Source: Clostridia bacterium (lineage in GTDB: Bacteria; Bacillota; Clostridia; UMGS1810). From it: 35,878 bases of DNA. The DNA is taken from the NCBI GenBank assembly GCA_045605285.1, contig JAZUPR010000019.1:1-35878 (forward strand). The letters run 5' to 3'. The position numbers and the translations under genes were made by a program. Positions 10,883 to 20,115 of this stretch are shown in pieces; position 1 is the first letter of the stretch, and each line of letters starts with the position of its first letter. The notes beneath the pieces were generated by a model, which saw only the letters and a program-made list of their open reading frames with translations, was not told where the DNA came from and did no database searches.

Positions 10883-12361
10883 ATGTCGCAATACAACATT
10901 TACAGCGATATTGCCGAGCGTTCAGGCGGGGATGTTTATATAGGAGTTGTGGGACCTGTAAGAACAGGGAAATCAACCTTTATAAAAAAATTTATGGATT
11001 TACTGGTAATTCCCAATATCCCAAATGCCTATAAAAGAGAGCGGGCAAAAGACGAGCTGCCGCAGAGCAGCGGTGGAAGAACAATAATGACAACAGAGCC
11101 AAAATTTATTCCAAATGAGGCAGTGGAGATAACCCTTTCTGATAATGCATCATTTAATGTAAGGATGATTGATTGTGTTGGTTATATAGTAGACTCAGCA
11201 CTCGGACATATTGAAGACGATATGCCCAGAATGGTGAAAACTCCCTGGTCTGAGGAGGAAATACCATTTGCCGAAGCTGCTGAAATCGGTACAAAGAAGG
11301 TTATATGCGAGCACTCAACCATTGGAGTGGTAGTAACAACAGACGGGAGTATTACCGACATACCTAGAAACAGTTATATAGAGGCGGAAAATCGCTCTAT
11401 AAACGAACTCAAAGAAATAAACAAGCCATTTATTGTACTTGTAAACAGTACAAACCCTAATGGCGAAAGTGCCATAAAGACAAAAGAAGAAATTGAAAGA
11501 GCACACAAGGTTCCCGTTATATGTGCAGACTGTGCTCAGATGACCGAGGAGGATATAAACAGCATTATAGAAACAGTACTTTTTGAGTTCCCATTAAAAG
11601 AAATATCCATTGATGTGCCTGACTGGGTAGAGGTTCTTGAGAACGACCACTGGCTAAAAAAGAATGTTTATGACAACATACTTTCATCAATAAGGTCTGT
11701 ATGCAAAATCTGTGACTACAAAGAGGTTTTATCCTGTCTTAAAAATCTTGAGGATGTAGAAAATGCAAGAGTATCTTCTATAAACCTTGGCGACGGGACA
11801 GTACATTTTGATGTTAGCACATCTGAAAACCTGTTTTACGAAATTTTAGGTGAAAAATCAGGATTTAAAATTGACGGTAAAGACACCCTTATTGAGCTTA
11901 TGAGTAATTTATCGGAAATTAAGAAAAAATATGAGAAAGTGGAATATGCACTTAAAAAAGTTCATGACACAGGATACGGAATTGTTGCTCCGGACATAGA
12001 CGAGCTGGAGCTTGAAGAGCCGGAAATAGTAAAACATGGTGGACGATTCGGAGTAAGGCTTAAAGCCAGTGCACCAAGTATACATATGATACGTGCCGAT
12101 ATTGAAACAGAGGTCTCCCCTATTGTAGGAACAGAAAAACAATCTGAAGAGCTTATGCAGGATTTGCTCAAAGAATTTGAAAGCAACCCCAAGGATATAT
12201 GGCAATCAAACATATTTGGCAAGTCTCTTCACGAATTGGTAAACGACGGTCTACACAACAAGCTATACAAAATGAGTGACGATGCTCAATATAAACTCCA
12301 AGAAACCTTGCAAAAAATTATTAATGAAGGTTCGGGCGGACTCATTTGTATTATTTTATAA
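10883..12361 (+). CDS. spoIVA: stage IV sporulation protein A (spore coat morphogenetic ATPase), 492 aa
   Basis: N-terminus YSDIAERSGGDVYIGVVGPVRTGKSTFIKKFMD closely matches the SpoIVA Walker-A region. With the start at ATG 10883 (GGAGGA 6 nt upstream) the length equals B. subtilis SpoIVA. Confidence 0.93.
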   Translation: MSQYNIYSDIAERSGGDVYIGVVGPVRTGKSTFIKKFMDLLVIPNIPNAYKRERAKDELPQSSGGRTIMTTEPKFIPNEAVEITLSDNASFNVRMIDCVGYIVDSALGHIEDDMPRMVKTPWSEEEIPFAEAAEIGTKKVICEHSTIGVVVTTDGSITDIPRNSYIEAENRSINELKEINKPFIVLVNSTNPNGESAIKTKEEIERAHKVPVICADCAQMTEEDINSIIETVLFEFPLKEISIDVPDWVEVLENDHWLKKNVYDNILSSIRSVCKICDYKEVLSCLKNLEDVENARVSSINLGDGTVHFDVSTSENLFYEILGEKSGFKIDGKDTLIELMSNLSEIKKKYEKVEYALKKVHDTGYGIVAPDIDELELEEPEIVKHGGRFGVRLKASAPSIHMIRADIETEVSPIVGTEKQSEELMQDLLKEFESNPKDIWQSNIFGKSLHELVNDGLHNKLYKMSDDAQYKLQETLQKIINEGSGGLICIIL

Positions 12362-12369
12362 AACAAAAA

Positions 12370-12399
12370 CTGCTTCATCAAAAGATGAAGCAGTTTTTT
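12370..12399. terminator. bidirectional rho-independent terminator (spoIVA on +; probably also the SLH gene on -)
   Basis: CTGCTTCATC-AAAA-GATGAAGCAG (10 bp), with TTTTTT after it on the + strand and an A-run before it. Confidence 0.8.
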
Positions 12400-12574
12400 A
12401 TTATCTATTGAGATAATCCTGTGTCATGGAATGTATTATCTCCAATTAATTTTACAGTATTTGAAATTCCTATTGATGTCAATGCATGACAACACAAAGA
12501 AATTTCTTCATAAATGGAGCTAACGTTGGAGCCGATGGTTATATCTTTTAGCAAAGTGCCATTTTACAAATGTT

Positions 12575-13678
12575 TTATTCTATTACTTCTTGTGATGTTT
12601 CTTCCTCTCCAGTCACAGGTTCTCCAGCTATTTCATCTTCTATATCAGAAAAATCTATGCCAAAGAATACTTTCAAAGAGTCAAACACTTCGGGGTTAAG
12701 CTGGCTTATTTTTGATGCAAAAAGGCTTCTGCCACTCTGGTCAAAAGCACTGTACAAGGTAAGAGCATCAGCTATATCACTTGAATAATTAGTATAAACC
12801 GCATCTGTTGTTATTTCGTATTCTGCCTTATCGTCGATTATTTCTCCAAGAACATCTATCACTATTGTGATAATCGCTTGGTGTGGCTCTGTAAATGTAG
12901 ATTTTTTTGATATCAAAACATTTCTTGCAGTAGTAAGCTTTTCTACTATAGTTGCATTTATATTTGTGTAATCAACTGTTTCCTGCGAGCCAGAACCTGA
13001 ACCGGAGCCAGAACCTGAGCCGGAGCCAGAACCTGAGCCACCGCCTATCGAACCACCGGGAACAATAATTGTAGGAGTTTCAACTACAAATCCCGTAAGA
13101 GACATTGCAAGTTCTCCCCTTTTCATATTTTCTGTAGCTCTGAATTTATTCCCGGCTTCTGTCTTCATAAGACCATTTCCAAGAACTTTTTTTACATAAG
13201 CCTCTGCCCATGGAGATATCTTATCAGAAATCACGCCCATATACGGAATATCATACAGATTTGCAACTCTGCAGATTATTGCACACACCTGTTCTCTGGT
13301 AACATATTCATCACCCTTGAATGTACCATCAGGAAATCCGTTTATATATCCCGCTTTTTTACCTATAAGAACGTGCTCATAGTACCATTTATCTTTTGTA
13401 ACATCTGTAAATCCTGTAGTGTCTGCCTCAGTATACTTCCATATACTGTTTATCATTTTACAAAGCTGTGCTCTTGTAAGATTGCCATTTGGCGAGAATG
13501 TTCCATCTCCCATACCGTTTATAATTCCACTGTTTGCGAGTTTATAAATTGCAGTGCCCATATCGGAAGATGCGTCTACATCTTTAAATGTTATTTTATT
13601 GTCAGCATATACTCCGACTGCAGGAATTGATGTAATCATTGCTATTGTTATAAGGATTGATAGAAATTTTTTGAACAT
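12575..13678 (-). CDS. secreted SLH-domain surface protein, 367 aa, with a (GS)n linker
   Basis: Signal peptide MFKKFLSILITIAMITSIPAVGVYA. SLH repeats (FKDVDASS...GDGTFSPNGNLTRAQLCKMI; FTDVTKDKWYYEHV...PDGTFKGDEYVTREQVCAII; a third degenerate copy). GGSIGGGSGSGSGSGSGSGSGSGS linker, then a C-terminal domain of unknown function. Confidence 0.85.
   Translation of the reverse strand: MFKKFLSILITIAMITSIPAVGVYADNKITFKDVDASSDMGTAIYKLANSGIINGMGDGTFSPNGNLTRAQLCKMINSIWKYTEADTTGFTDVTKDKWYYEHVLIGKKAGYINGFPDGTFKGDEYVTREQVCAIICRVANLYDIPYMGVISDKISPWAEAYVKKVLGNGLMKTEAGNKFRATENMKRGELAMSLTGFVVETPTIIVPGGSIGGGSGSGSGSGSGSGSGSGSQETVDYTNINATIVEKLTTARNVLISKKSTFTEPHQAIITIVIDVLGEIIDDKAEYEITTDAVYTNYSSDIADALTLYSAFDQSGRSLFASKISQLNPEVFDSLKVFFGIDFSDIEDEIAGEPVTGEEETSQEVIE
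12988..13041. repeat. 3 x 18-nt tandem repeat encoding the Gly-Ser linker
   Basis: gagccagaacctgaaccg / gagccagaacctgagccg / gagccagaacctgagcca, head to tail. Confidence 0.9.
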
Positions 13679-13702
13679 TTACTTTTCTCCTGTATTTGAT
13701 TA

Positions 13703-13747
13703 TTTTTTGAAAAAATATCCAACGGGAAATCCCCCCCGTTGGATATT
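13703..13747 (-). terminator. rho-independent terminator after the 1331-aa SLH gene, abutting the next gene's RBS
   Basis: AATATCCAACGGG ... CCCGTTGGATATT (13-bp stem). On the minus strand a U-run follows it, then AGGAGAAAAGTA-ATG of the 367-aa gene. Confidence 0.7.
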
Positions 13748-13751
13748 AAAA

Positions 13752-16700
13752 TTAATAGAAGTTTCTCTCGAGGGTTGCAGTATAGTCTACTATTGATTTT
13801 GAATATTTATCAATAATATATTTACCAACTGATGTATCAATCACATCTTTTGATGATGGAGTGAGTTTAGAGCCAATGATGTTTACAACTGTGTCTGCAT
13901 TAAAGATGTTTTCTTCTTCCCTGCCAAATATAATGTCTTCAAATTTTTCAAGGCTTACGCTTATGTCAATTGAATCTATATCCATATCAGCAATTGATGA
14001 AATAATATCTTTGAATTCATCCTCATACTGTGAATAAATTTCATTTATAACAGAAATTTTTGAGAAAATTGCATCAAGTGGTCTTCCTGCAATTGTTCCG
14101 TCAGTATCAAGCTCTGAAATGATGGAAGCAAGTTTTGATATGGAATTATTGATAAGTGTCTCAAATGAAGCATTTGCACTGTCATAATCGCCTGTGTTCA
14201 TTGCATCTATTACAGAGTTTAATCTGTCGCAAAGAGCCTGAAGGTCATCGAATGTATATCCGTTTGGAAGGTTACCCTCTCCAAGGTCTGTGAGAATCTG
14301 TTTTACATTGTCAACTACAGATTTGATAGTGTCTTCATAACCACCTACAGGTGTGCCACCGAGTGAATCTACAACGGTTTTAAGAGAGTCTACCCTTGCA
14401 ATAAGGTCACTGAGAGTATATGAACCAACTATAGGTCTTCCGTTCTCTACATTGTCTGAAAGCTCTTCAAGTTTTTTAATAAATTTCACAAAATCCTTTG
14501 TAAGACTCTTTTTAACAAGAATAAGTTCTTCTTCTGTACAGTTTTGTGTATTATAGAAGCAAAGTGCCTGGTCATAGAGGATAAATGCATCAAGCATTGA
14601 TGTGTAATACTGCATAAAGTCTTTGAAATAATAACCTGTTGCGCCTGTTGTATCATTTATTCTCTGTGAGTCATAGCCTAAAAAAACATTGAACCAATCA
14701 GTTTCTTCTACCAGTTTTTTGAGTGATGTATTCTCGTTATATTTGTAGATGTTATTATTTTTAATTGTATTTGCAAATTTTCCTGAATAGTTTATGTATA
14801 TACCGTGAAGAATGAGTGGTGCATTGATTGTTACAGTAAGGCTGGTTGTATACTCACGCTCAACATTATCTCCCTTAACCGCATCTATAACAGGTCTAAG
14901 GCCATTCCAGTAATCTGCCTTGGCAGCCATGAACATATCTTCTACGATATCTTCTCCAAGGAAATCTATGATATTTCCATAGCCCTTGTCTCTGAGGATT
15001 GTAAGAATTTCATCAAAATCAAATCCGTTAATTGCCTCTCCGACTGCTGATACAAAGTGAATATTGTCCATGTTAACCTTAAAGGATTCTTCCTTATTCT
15101 TAAAGGAATTCATAAAGTTTACAAAAGGTGCATAATTGTCCAGGAAGCTTACGATAGTCTGTGCAAATTGCGGTCTTTCAGTATCGGGGTCCATAGCCAT
15201 TATATGATTTACTATCATATCTACAGTAGCATAGTCCACAACGAGAGCGTCTACCTTTTCATCCGACAATCCTCCAAGATAATCCATAATGAAATTATCA
15301 TCAACAGCATCTAAAATATTTTCATATTTATCGGCAACAAAGCTATCTACAAAATTAGCATTTGCCGGAGTCTGAATAAAGTTGGCTACAGGTGTTATGA
15401 TGTCGTTAACTGCGGCTTCTTTTATTTTTGCGATAAATGGGGTCTTGATGTCTCCCACAAGTGCAATTATATCCGGATTGGTTGCAAGAGTTCCTACTCC
15501 GTTGAAATAGTTTTCTATGAATCTGATGATATTATTTTCAATAAGAGTTTTGATATTTGCATCAATGGTTGTATCTCTGTTTAAATAATCTTTTACAAAA
15601 TCAACAAGTGCATCATTAACATCGTTCTCAGGTAAAGAATTCCAGCCCTGTGAGGTCAATATATCATTAAATGAAGCATCTGACCTGATTATTGCTATAA
15701 TTTCATTTCTTACGCTCGGTTTATCAAGGTTTGAAATAAAAGCATCATTTGCAGCTGTATGTTCTTTTGTGACAACTTCAAGAATCTGTGCTCTGAAACT
15801 GTTGATACCTAAGAGTTCAATAATAAAGGCATTATTGCTTGCAGCAGTGTCAACAAGTGCATCCTTTGCACTTGAAGAAAGAACCTTTTCTATAATATCC
15901 ACTGATTCCTGAAGTGTGCTTGGTACATTAATGTCACCTTTAATTTTATCCTGTATATAGGTTATTCCGTCCAACTTATAGTCATTGCTCTTTAGCTCTG
16001 AACGAATGGCTGGTATACCTACAGACTCTATAAGTGTTCTGCCATCGATATTATCTACAATAGTAGCCATATCAATAAGGCTTACTACAGAGCGAAGTTC
16101 TTCCTCGGAGCCATTGAGCATTGCCTGGATTTTGGTATTTACCTCAGCATTTATCTGGTCATAGTCTATAACGTCAACAATCTTAAGACCATAGTCTTTA
16201 TCCAGAATATTACCCTGGGAATCTACCATTCCTGTTTTTGCGTTTGCTTTATTAAAAGCCGCCTGAATCTTGGAATTAATTTCATTTTTAACATCGGTTT
16301 GACTGAGTGTAAGTCCTGCACTTATCATACCGTCTTTAAGTGTGTCAAAAAATCTTGACTGTGAATCATAGCTGATTTCAAGAACAGGATTTATACCAAA
16401 CACCTGCTTATCAACCTCTGCCACAATATGTTTCTGTCCATAGTAGACATCAATATTTCCGTTAACAGGAGTACTGTTTGTAAACACATCCCAGATACCG
16501 TTTGATTTTTTATAGATAAATTCTTTTCCTACTGTATGTGTATATGTAGCTCCGAGGCCTGTGTATGAAATATCGCTTCTGTCATAAGTCTGGCCTGTTG
16601 TGTCAAGCTTACCTGCATAAATTGTGTCAAGGTTTTTTCCGACATAACTGAGAGTTCGGTTTTCGGCAGGAATTGACTGATTTATATTAACTGTATCAAA

Positions 16701-17747
16701 AACACTTGCAGTGGCACCATTGTGGAATGAAACTGTGTAATAGGTTTCTACACCGCCGCTGTTGCCGCCACCGCTGCTTCCTCCACCGCCAACTGATGCT
16801 TCTTTGAAGGTTGCAGGAGTGTTTAGTATAATATTGTCAAATACATCTTCTGAACGTAAGTTCTCAAAATGAACAGTTCCATTTACGTCATTGATAACAA
16901 CGCCACCGTAAACCTTGGAGGAAATAATTTTAATTCCACCCTCACCGCCTCGGCAAAGGAGTCTGCCTTTAATGATGACATTGTCAAGAATAACTGTGCC
17001 GTTTCCTACTCCATCACCGATGATAAGATCACCCTCAATGGTAATATTTTTAAGAGTTACTCCCGATGTTCTTATAAGTATATTTCCAAATCCAATGGAG
17101 GTTACCTCACCCGGAACAAGGCAATAAACTTTTATAAGATTATATATAAGCTGAGCAAATTCTTCTCTTGTTATATAGTTTTGAGGTTTAAGGTTGCCCT
17201 TGTCATCTCCATTCAAATAGCCATTAATAACAAGCGCAGATGATGCACTCTTTGCCCAATCAGATACAAGATTTCCATCATTAAATTTTAAAAGCGATGA
17301 ATAATCCTCGCTAGAGAGAACAAGTGCTCTCCCTATTGCTACAAAAACCTGTTCTCTGGTTATGTAAGAATCCGGATTCATAGTTGATGCAGAATCACCC
17401 TGGAAGGTTCGCATATTAACTGCCTTTGCAATTTCATCGTAATACCAGTCGCTTTTAGATACATCAGTAAGATGAGATATATCCGCCTTTACAGTTGCAC
17501 CAAAGGCTCTGTTGACAATGGCTGCCATCTCGGCTCTGGTAAGGTTATCCTTAGGATTTATAGTTGAGCTTGTGCGTCCATTTAAAATTCCATTTGCCAC
17601 AGCATGAGTCATAGCATCCTTTGACCAACCCGCGGGGAAGTCTGTAAAGTCTGATACCTGAGCTGCTAACACTGGTGTCACAAGTGTGAAAATCATAGCA
17701 ATCATAGTGATAAAAGCTATGATTTTGCTGTTTGTTCTAAAATACAT
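13752..17747 (-). CDS. large secreted SLH-domain cell-surface protein, 1331 aa
   Basis: Signal peptide (IAFITMIAMIFTLVTPVLAAQV) and three SLH repeats (DFPAGWSKDAM..., LTDVSKSDWYYDEI..., DGNLVSDWAKSA...). Next is a beta-helix-like segment (NITIEGDLIIGDGVGNGTVILDNVIIKGRLL...) and a GGGGSSGGGNSGG linker. The remaining roughly 1000 aa have no motif I recognise. Confidence 0.85.
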   Translation of the reverse strand: MYFRTNSKIIAFITMIAMIFTLVTPVLAAQVSDFTDFPAGWSKDAMTHAVANGILNGRTSSTINPKDNLTRAEMAAIVNRAFGATVKADISHLTDVSKSDWYYDEIAKAVNMRTFQGDSASTMNPDSYITREQVFVAIGRALVLSSEDYSSLLKFNDGNLVSDWAKSASSALVINGYLNGDDKGNLKPQNYITREEFAQLIYNLIKVYCLVPGEVTSIGFGNILIRTSGVTLKNITIEGDLIIGDGVGNGTVILDNVIIKGRLLCRGGEGGIKIISSKVYGGVVINDVNGTVHFENLRSEDVFDNIILNTPATFKEASVGGGGSSGGGNSGGVETYYTVSFHNGATASVFDTVNINQSIPAENRTLSYVGKNLDTIYAGKLDTTGQTYDRSDISYTGLGATYTHTVGKEFIYKKSNGIWDVFTNSTPVNGNIDVYYGQKHIVAEVDKQVFGINPVLEISYDSQSRFFDTLKDGMISAGLTLSQTDVKNEINSKIQAAFNKANAKTGMVDSQGNILDKDYGLKIVDVIDYDQINAEVNTKIQAMLNGSEEELRSVVSLIDMATIVDNIDGRTLIESVGIPAIRSELKSNDYKLDGITYIQDKIKGDINVPSTLQESVDIIEKVLSSSAKDALVDTAASNNAFIIELLGINSFRAQILEVVTKEHTAANDAFISNLDKPSVRNEIIAIIRSDASFNDILTSQGWNSLPENDVNDALVDFVKDYLNRDTTIDANIKTLIENNIIRFIENYFNGVGTLATNPDIIALVGDIKTPFIAKIKEAAVNDIITPVANFIQTPANANFVDSFVADKYENILDAVDDNFIMDYLGGLSDEKVDALVVDYATVDMIVNHIMAMDPDTERPQFAQTIVSFLDNYAPFVNFMNSFKNKEESFKVNMDNIHFVSAVGEAINGFDFDEILTILRDKGYGNIIDFLGEDIVEDMFMAAKADYWNGLRPVIDAVKGDNVEREYTTSLTVTINAPLILHGIYINYSGKFANTIKNNNIYKYNENTSLKKLVEETDWFNVFLGYDSQRINDTTGATGYYFKDFMQYYTSMLDAFILYDQALCFYNTQNCTEEELILVKKSLTKDFVKFIKKLEELSDNVENGRPIVGSYTLSDLIARVDSLKTVVDSLGGTPVGGYEDTIKSVVDNVKQILTDLGEGNLPNGYTFDDLQALCDRLNSVIDAMNTGDYDSANASFETLINNSISKLASIISELDTDGTIAGRPLDAIFSKISVINEIYSQYEDEFKDIISSIADMDIDSIDISVSLEKFEDIIFGREEENIFNADTVVNIIGSKLTPSSKDVIDTSVGKYIIDKYSKSIVDYTATLERNFY

Positions 17748-17832
17748 TTGAATCCACTCCTTAACAAAATTTATGTAATATTTTTATAAACAAAAATTCA
17801 TGTGGGTATATTCTCCCAGCTATACATATTAT

Positions 17833-17861
17833 ATTTTACAATTTTTAAGGTGAAAAGTCAA
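17833..17861 (-). promoter_or_regulatory. candidate sigma-A promoter for the 1331-aa SLH gene
   Basis: Minus strand: TTGACT, 17 nt, TAAAAT. Confidence 0.5.
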
Positions 17862-17974
17862 GCTAATAGCTCAATTTTATAGGTTTTGCACATACTTTTT
17901 ATCCTAAATTTGTTATATTATTTTCAGCATATTTTTATATAAATTGCATAGGTAAAATTTCAAGAAAAATAACA

Positions 17975-18012
17975 TAAAAAAAAAACACCACTGATTTTAG
18001 AATCAGTGGTGT
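17975..18012 (-). terminator. rho-independent terminator after the HU gene
   Basis: ACACCACTGATT-TTAG-AATCAGTGGTGT (12 bp), flanked by long A/T runs on both sides. The U-run follows it on the minus strand. Confidence 0.85.
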
Positions 18013-18029
18013 TTTTTTATTAAGGTTAA

Positions 18030-18302
18030 TTATTTAACAGCTTCTTTAAGGCCTTTACCTACTTTAAAAGCAGGAACTGTAGCAGCAGGGATGTCAATAA
18101 CAGCGCCTGTCTGTGGGTTTTTACCCTTTCTAGCAGCTCTCTTCTTTGTTTCGAATGAGCCAAAACCAACGAGAACAACTTTCTCGCCATTTTTCAAGCC
18201 TTCTGTTACGCTTTCAACAAAAGCATTTAATGCTTTTTCAGCATCTTTTTTGCTAAGTTCAGCTTTTTCAGCCATTTTAGCAATCAATTCTGTTTTATTC
18301 AT
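18030..18302 (-). CDS. hup: HU-family nucleoid-associated DNA-binding protein, 90 aa
   Basis: MNKTELI...LVGFGSFETKKRAARKGKNPQTGAVIDIPA...PAFKVGKGLKEAV is the canonical HU sequence. AGGAGG RBS. Confidence 0.95.
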   Translation of the reverse strand: MNKTELIAKMAEKAELSKKDAEKALNAFVESVTEGLKNGEKVVLVGFGSFETKKRAARKGKNPQTGAVIDIPAATVPAFKVGKGLKEAVK

Positions 18303-18338
18303 TACCTTACTACCTCCTAATAATTTTGGTATAAATGT

Positions 18339-18367
18339 ATTATATCAAATATTTCCACACCTTGCAA
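18339..18367 (-). promoter_or_regulatory. candidate sigma-A promoter for hup
   Basis: Minus strand: TTGCAA, 17 nt, TATAAT. Confidence 0.55.
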
Positions 18368-18450
18368 TAGTTATTATATACAAATTTATTCGTAGATTTA
18401 TTTGAATAGGACTGATTTTTTTGTTGTTTTTGTCAAATTTTCACAAAAAT

Positions 18451-20094
18451 CTATTTAACAGCTACAATTTTGTTGACACCTGCGTTTTCGGGGCCGTAGA
18501 ACACACCGTCAAGCTTACCGCCTGTTTCAATATCAACAAAAATTGTCATTCCGCTTTTAACAGTAATATCCTCTACATTTTCTGCAATTGTAAAAAGCTT
18601 TGATAGCTTTGTATTCTCAGGTACAGATTTTATATCCAATTTTACTCTGTATGTATACCCGTCTCCGTTATTTATAACAAGGCTTGGATAAAAGTTGATA
18701 TCCACTTTATAACCTGCCAAATTCATTTCCTTTGCAATAATAGACAACATATTGGTATAGATAAGGGAGTACTGTCTTGCATTATAATAAGCATTTTTGG
18801 CAATTCCAATTCTTTCGCCCTTATCATATGTTATAAATTCCGTATTATATATATCATTCGGAATATCATTCAATATAAGTGCGTAATCCTGGTGATTTTT
18901 CGGATATGAGTTAATATTGGTGCGGAGTTTCTCGCTCCTTTTATAAGTCTTATCTGAGAAAACAGTCTTTTTTGAAAATCCACAGATTGAATCAGCCTGA
19001 ATAATAAGGTTGGTAATCTGTTTTAATGTGGCTTTTTCACCGGCCTTTATCTTACCATCTTTATACGGGAATATGCCATTTTTCTTGGCAAAGGAGAGCA
19101 CTTTGTTACGGGTTTCGCTACCTGCATTGGTTATGTCAGCATAGTAATTATCCTTATCTCCAAAACCAAGATTTATATCTGCAGTTTTAGCCAATGCAAA
19201 GGATACTGCACAAACAGCATCTTCCATAGTTGCGGTTGCATCAATGTAGGTTTCGTTAACCTTATCTTCACCTATGCAGTATTTTCCATATACATTGAGA
19301 GAACGTACATATTTATGCTGGAACGGGTCTTCGCTATAAGAAAAATTTGAATACTTTGGATCATGCTCGTTGCATATAAGCCTCATTGCCATATGTGCAA
19401 GTTCACCATTTGTTACGGTTGCATCAGACTTATATTCTTTATCATCGAAAAGATTAAAGCTATCATACACAGCTTTATATACCTCATCGCTGATATTATC
19501 TATAAAATCTTTCCCTGAAACAGATGCATTTTCTCTGGCTCTTACAATAAGAGCAGCGGCCTCTGCTCTGGTGAGAGAACTGTCGAGACGAAGGTTTATG
19601 TAGTCGTCACCCATCATAATTTCACGACTATATATCCATGCAATAGCATCTGAATTTTTTCCCTGTCTTGTAATGACAGAAGGAACTGATTCTGAAACAA
19701 CTGGCGAACCATTTCTTTTCCAAAGAAGATTTGCCACATCGCCACGGGTAATGGCCTCATTTGGCTTAAATGCAAATTCAGTTACAGGCTCAAGTCCCGA
19801 TGACATTACATAGTCATAAAACCAATCGCTTTTTTCTACATCGACATACTCTGATTGAGTGACAGTGTTGCCTTTGCCAATCATTTTTACAAATTCAGCT
19901 CTTGAAACAGTTGAATTCGGCTTGAATGTACCGTCTGTAAAACCATTTATTGTGCCCTCTCCCACAAGCTTGTTTACAGCATTATACGCCCAATGACCGG
20001 ATGATAAATCCTTGAAGGATGCGGCAGACACAGTAATAGCCGACGGAATCAGCATTGCTATCACAAGAAAAACTGCCAAAATTCTTTTTTTCAT
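18451..20094 (-). CDS. secreted SLH-domain surface protein, 547 aa
   Basis: Signal peptide (KKRILAVFLVIAMLIPSAITVSAA). SLH repeats (FKDLSSGHWAYNAVNKLV...TDGTFKPNSTVSRAEFVKMI; YVDVEKSDWFYDYV...; a third around NSDAIAWIYSREIM...SSLTRAEAAALIV). The C-terminal roughly 350 aa are unassigned. Start moves to ATG 20094 with AAAGGAG 9 nt upstream. The track start at 20100 is a TTG. Confidence 0.85.
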   Translation of the reverse strand: MKKRILAVFLVIAMLIPSAITVSAASFKDLSSGHWAYNAVNKLVGEGTINGFTDGTFKPNSTVSRAEFVKMIGKGNTVTQSEYVDVEKSDWFYDYVMSSGLEPVTEFAFKPNEAITRGDVANLLWKRNGSPVVSESVPSVITRQGKNSDAIAWIYSREIMMGDDYINLRLDSSLTRAEAAALIVRARENASVSGKDFIDNISDEVYKAVYDSFNLFDDKEYKSDATVTNGELAHMAMRLICNEHDPKYSNFSYSEDPFQHKYVRSLNVYGKYCIGEDKVNETYIDATATMEDAVCAVSFALAKTADINLGFGDKDNYYADITNAGSETRNKVLSFAKKNGIFPYKDGKIKAGEKATLKQITNLIIQADSICGFSKKTVFSDKTYKRSEKLRTNINSYPKNHQDYALILNDIPNDIYNTEFITYDKGERIGIAKNAYYNARQYSLIYTNMLSIIAKEMNLAGYKVDINFYPSLVINNGDGYTYRVKLDIKSVPENTKLSKLFTIAENVEDITVKSGMTIFVDIETGGKLDGVFYGPENAGVNKIVAVK

Positions 20095-20115
20095 AATCAA
20101 AATCTCCTTTAAAAG

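Noticed and set aside
12400-12574. Roughly 175-nt untranslated gap between the SLH gene stop and the shared terminator, including mini-ORFs (MKKFLCVVMH; MTQDYLNR)
   Set aside because: The ORFs are only 8-10 codons long and only one has a marginal GGAG. I could see no structure or repeat. It is treated as a 3' UTR.
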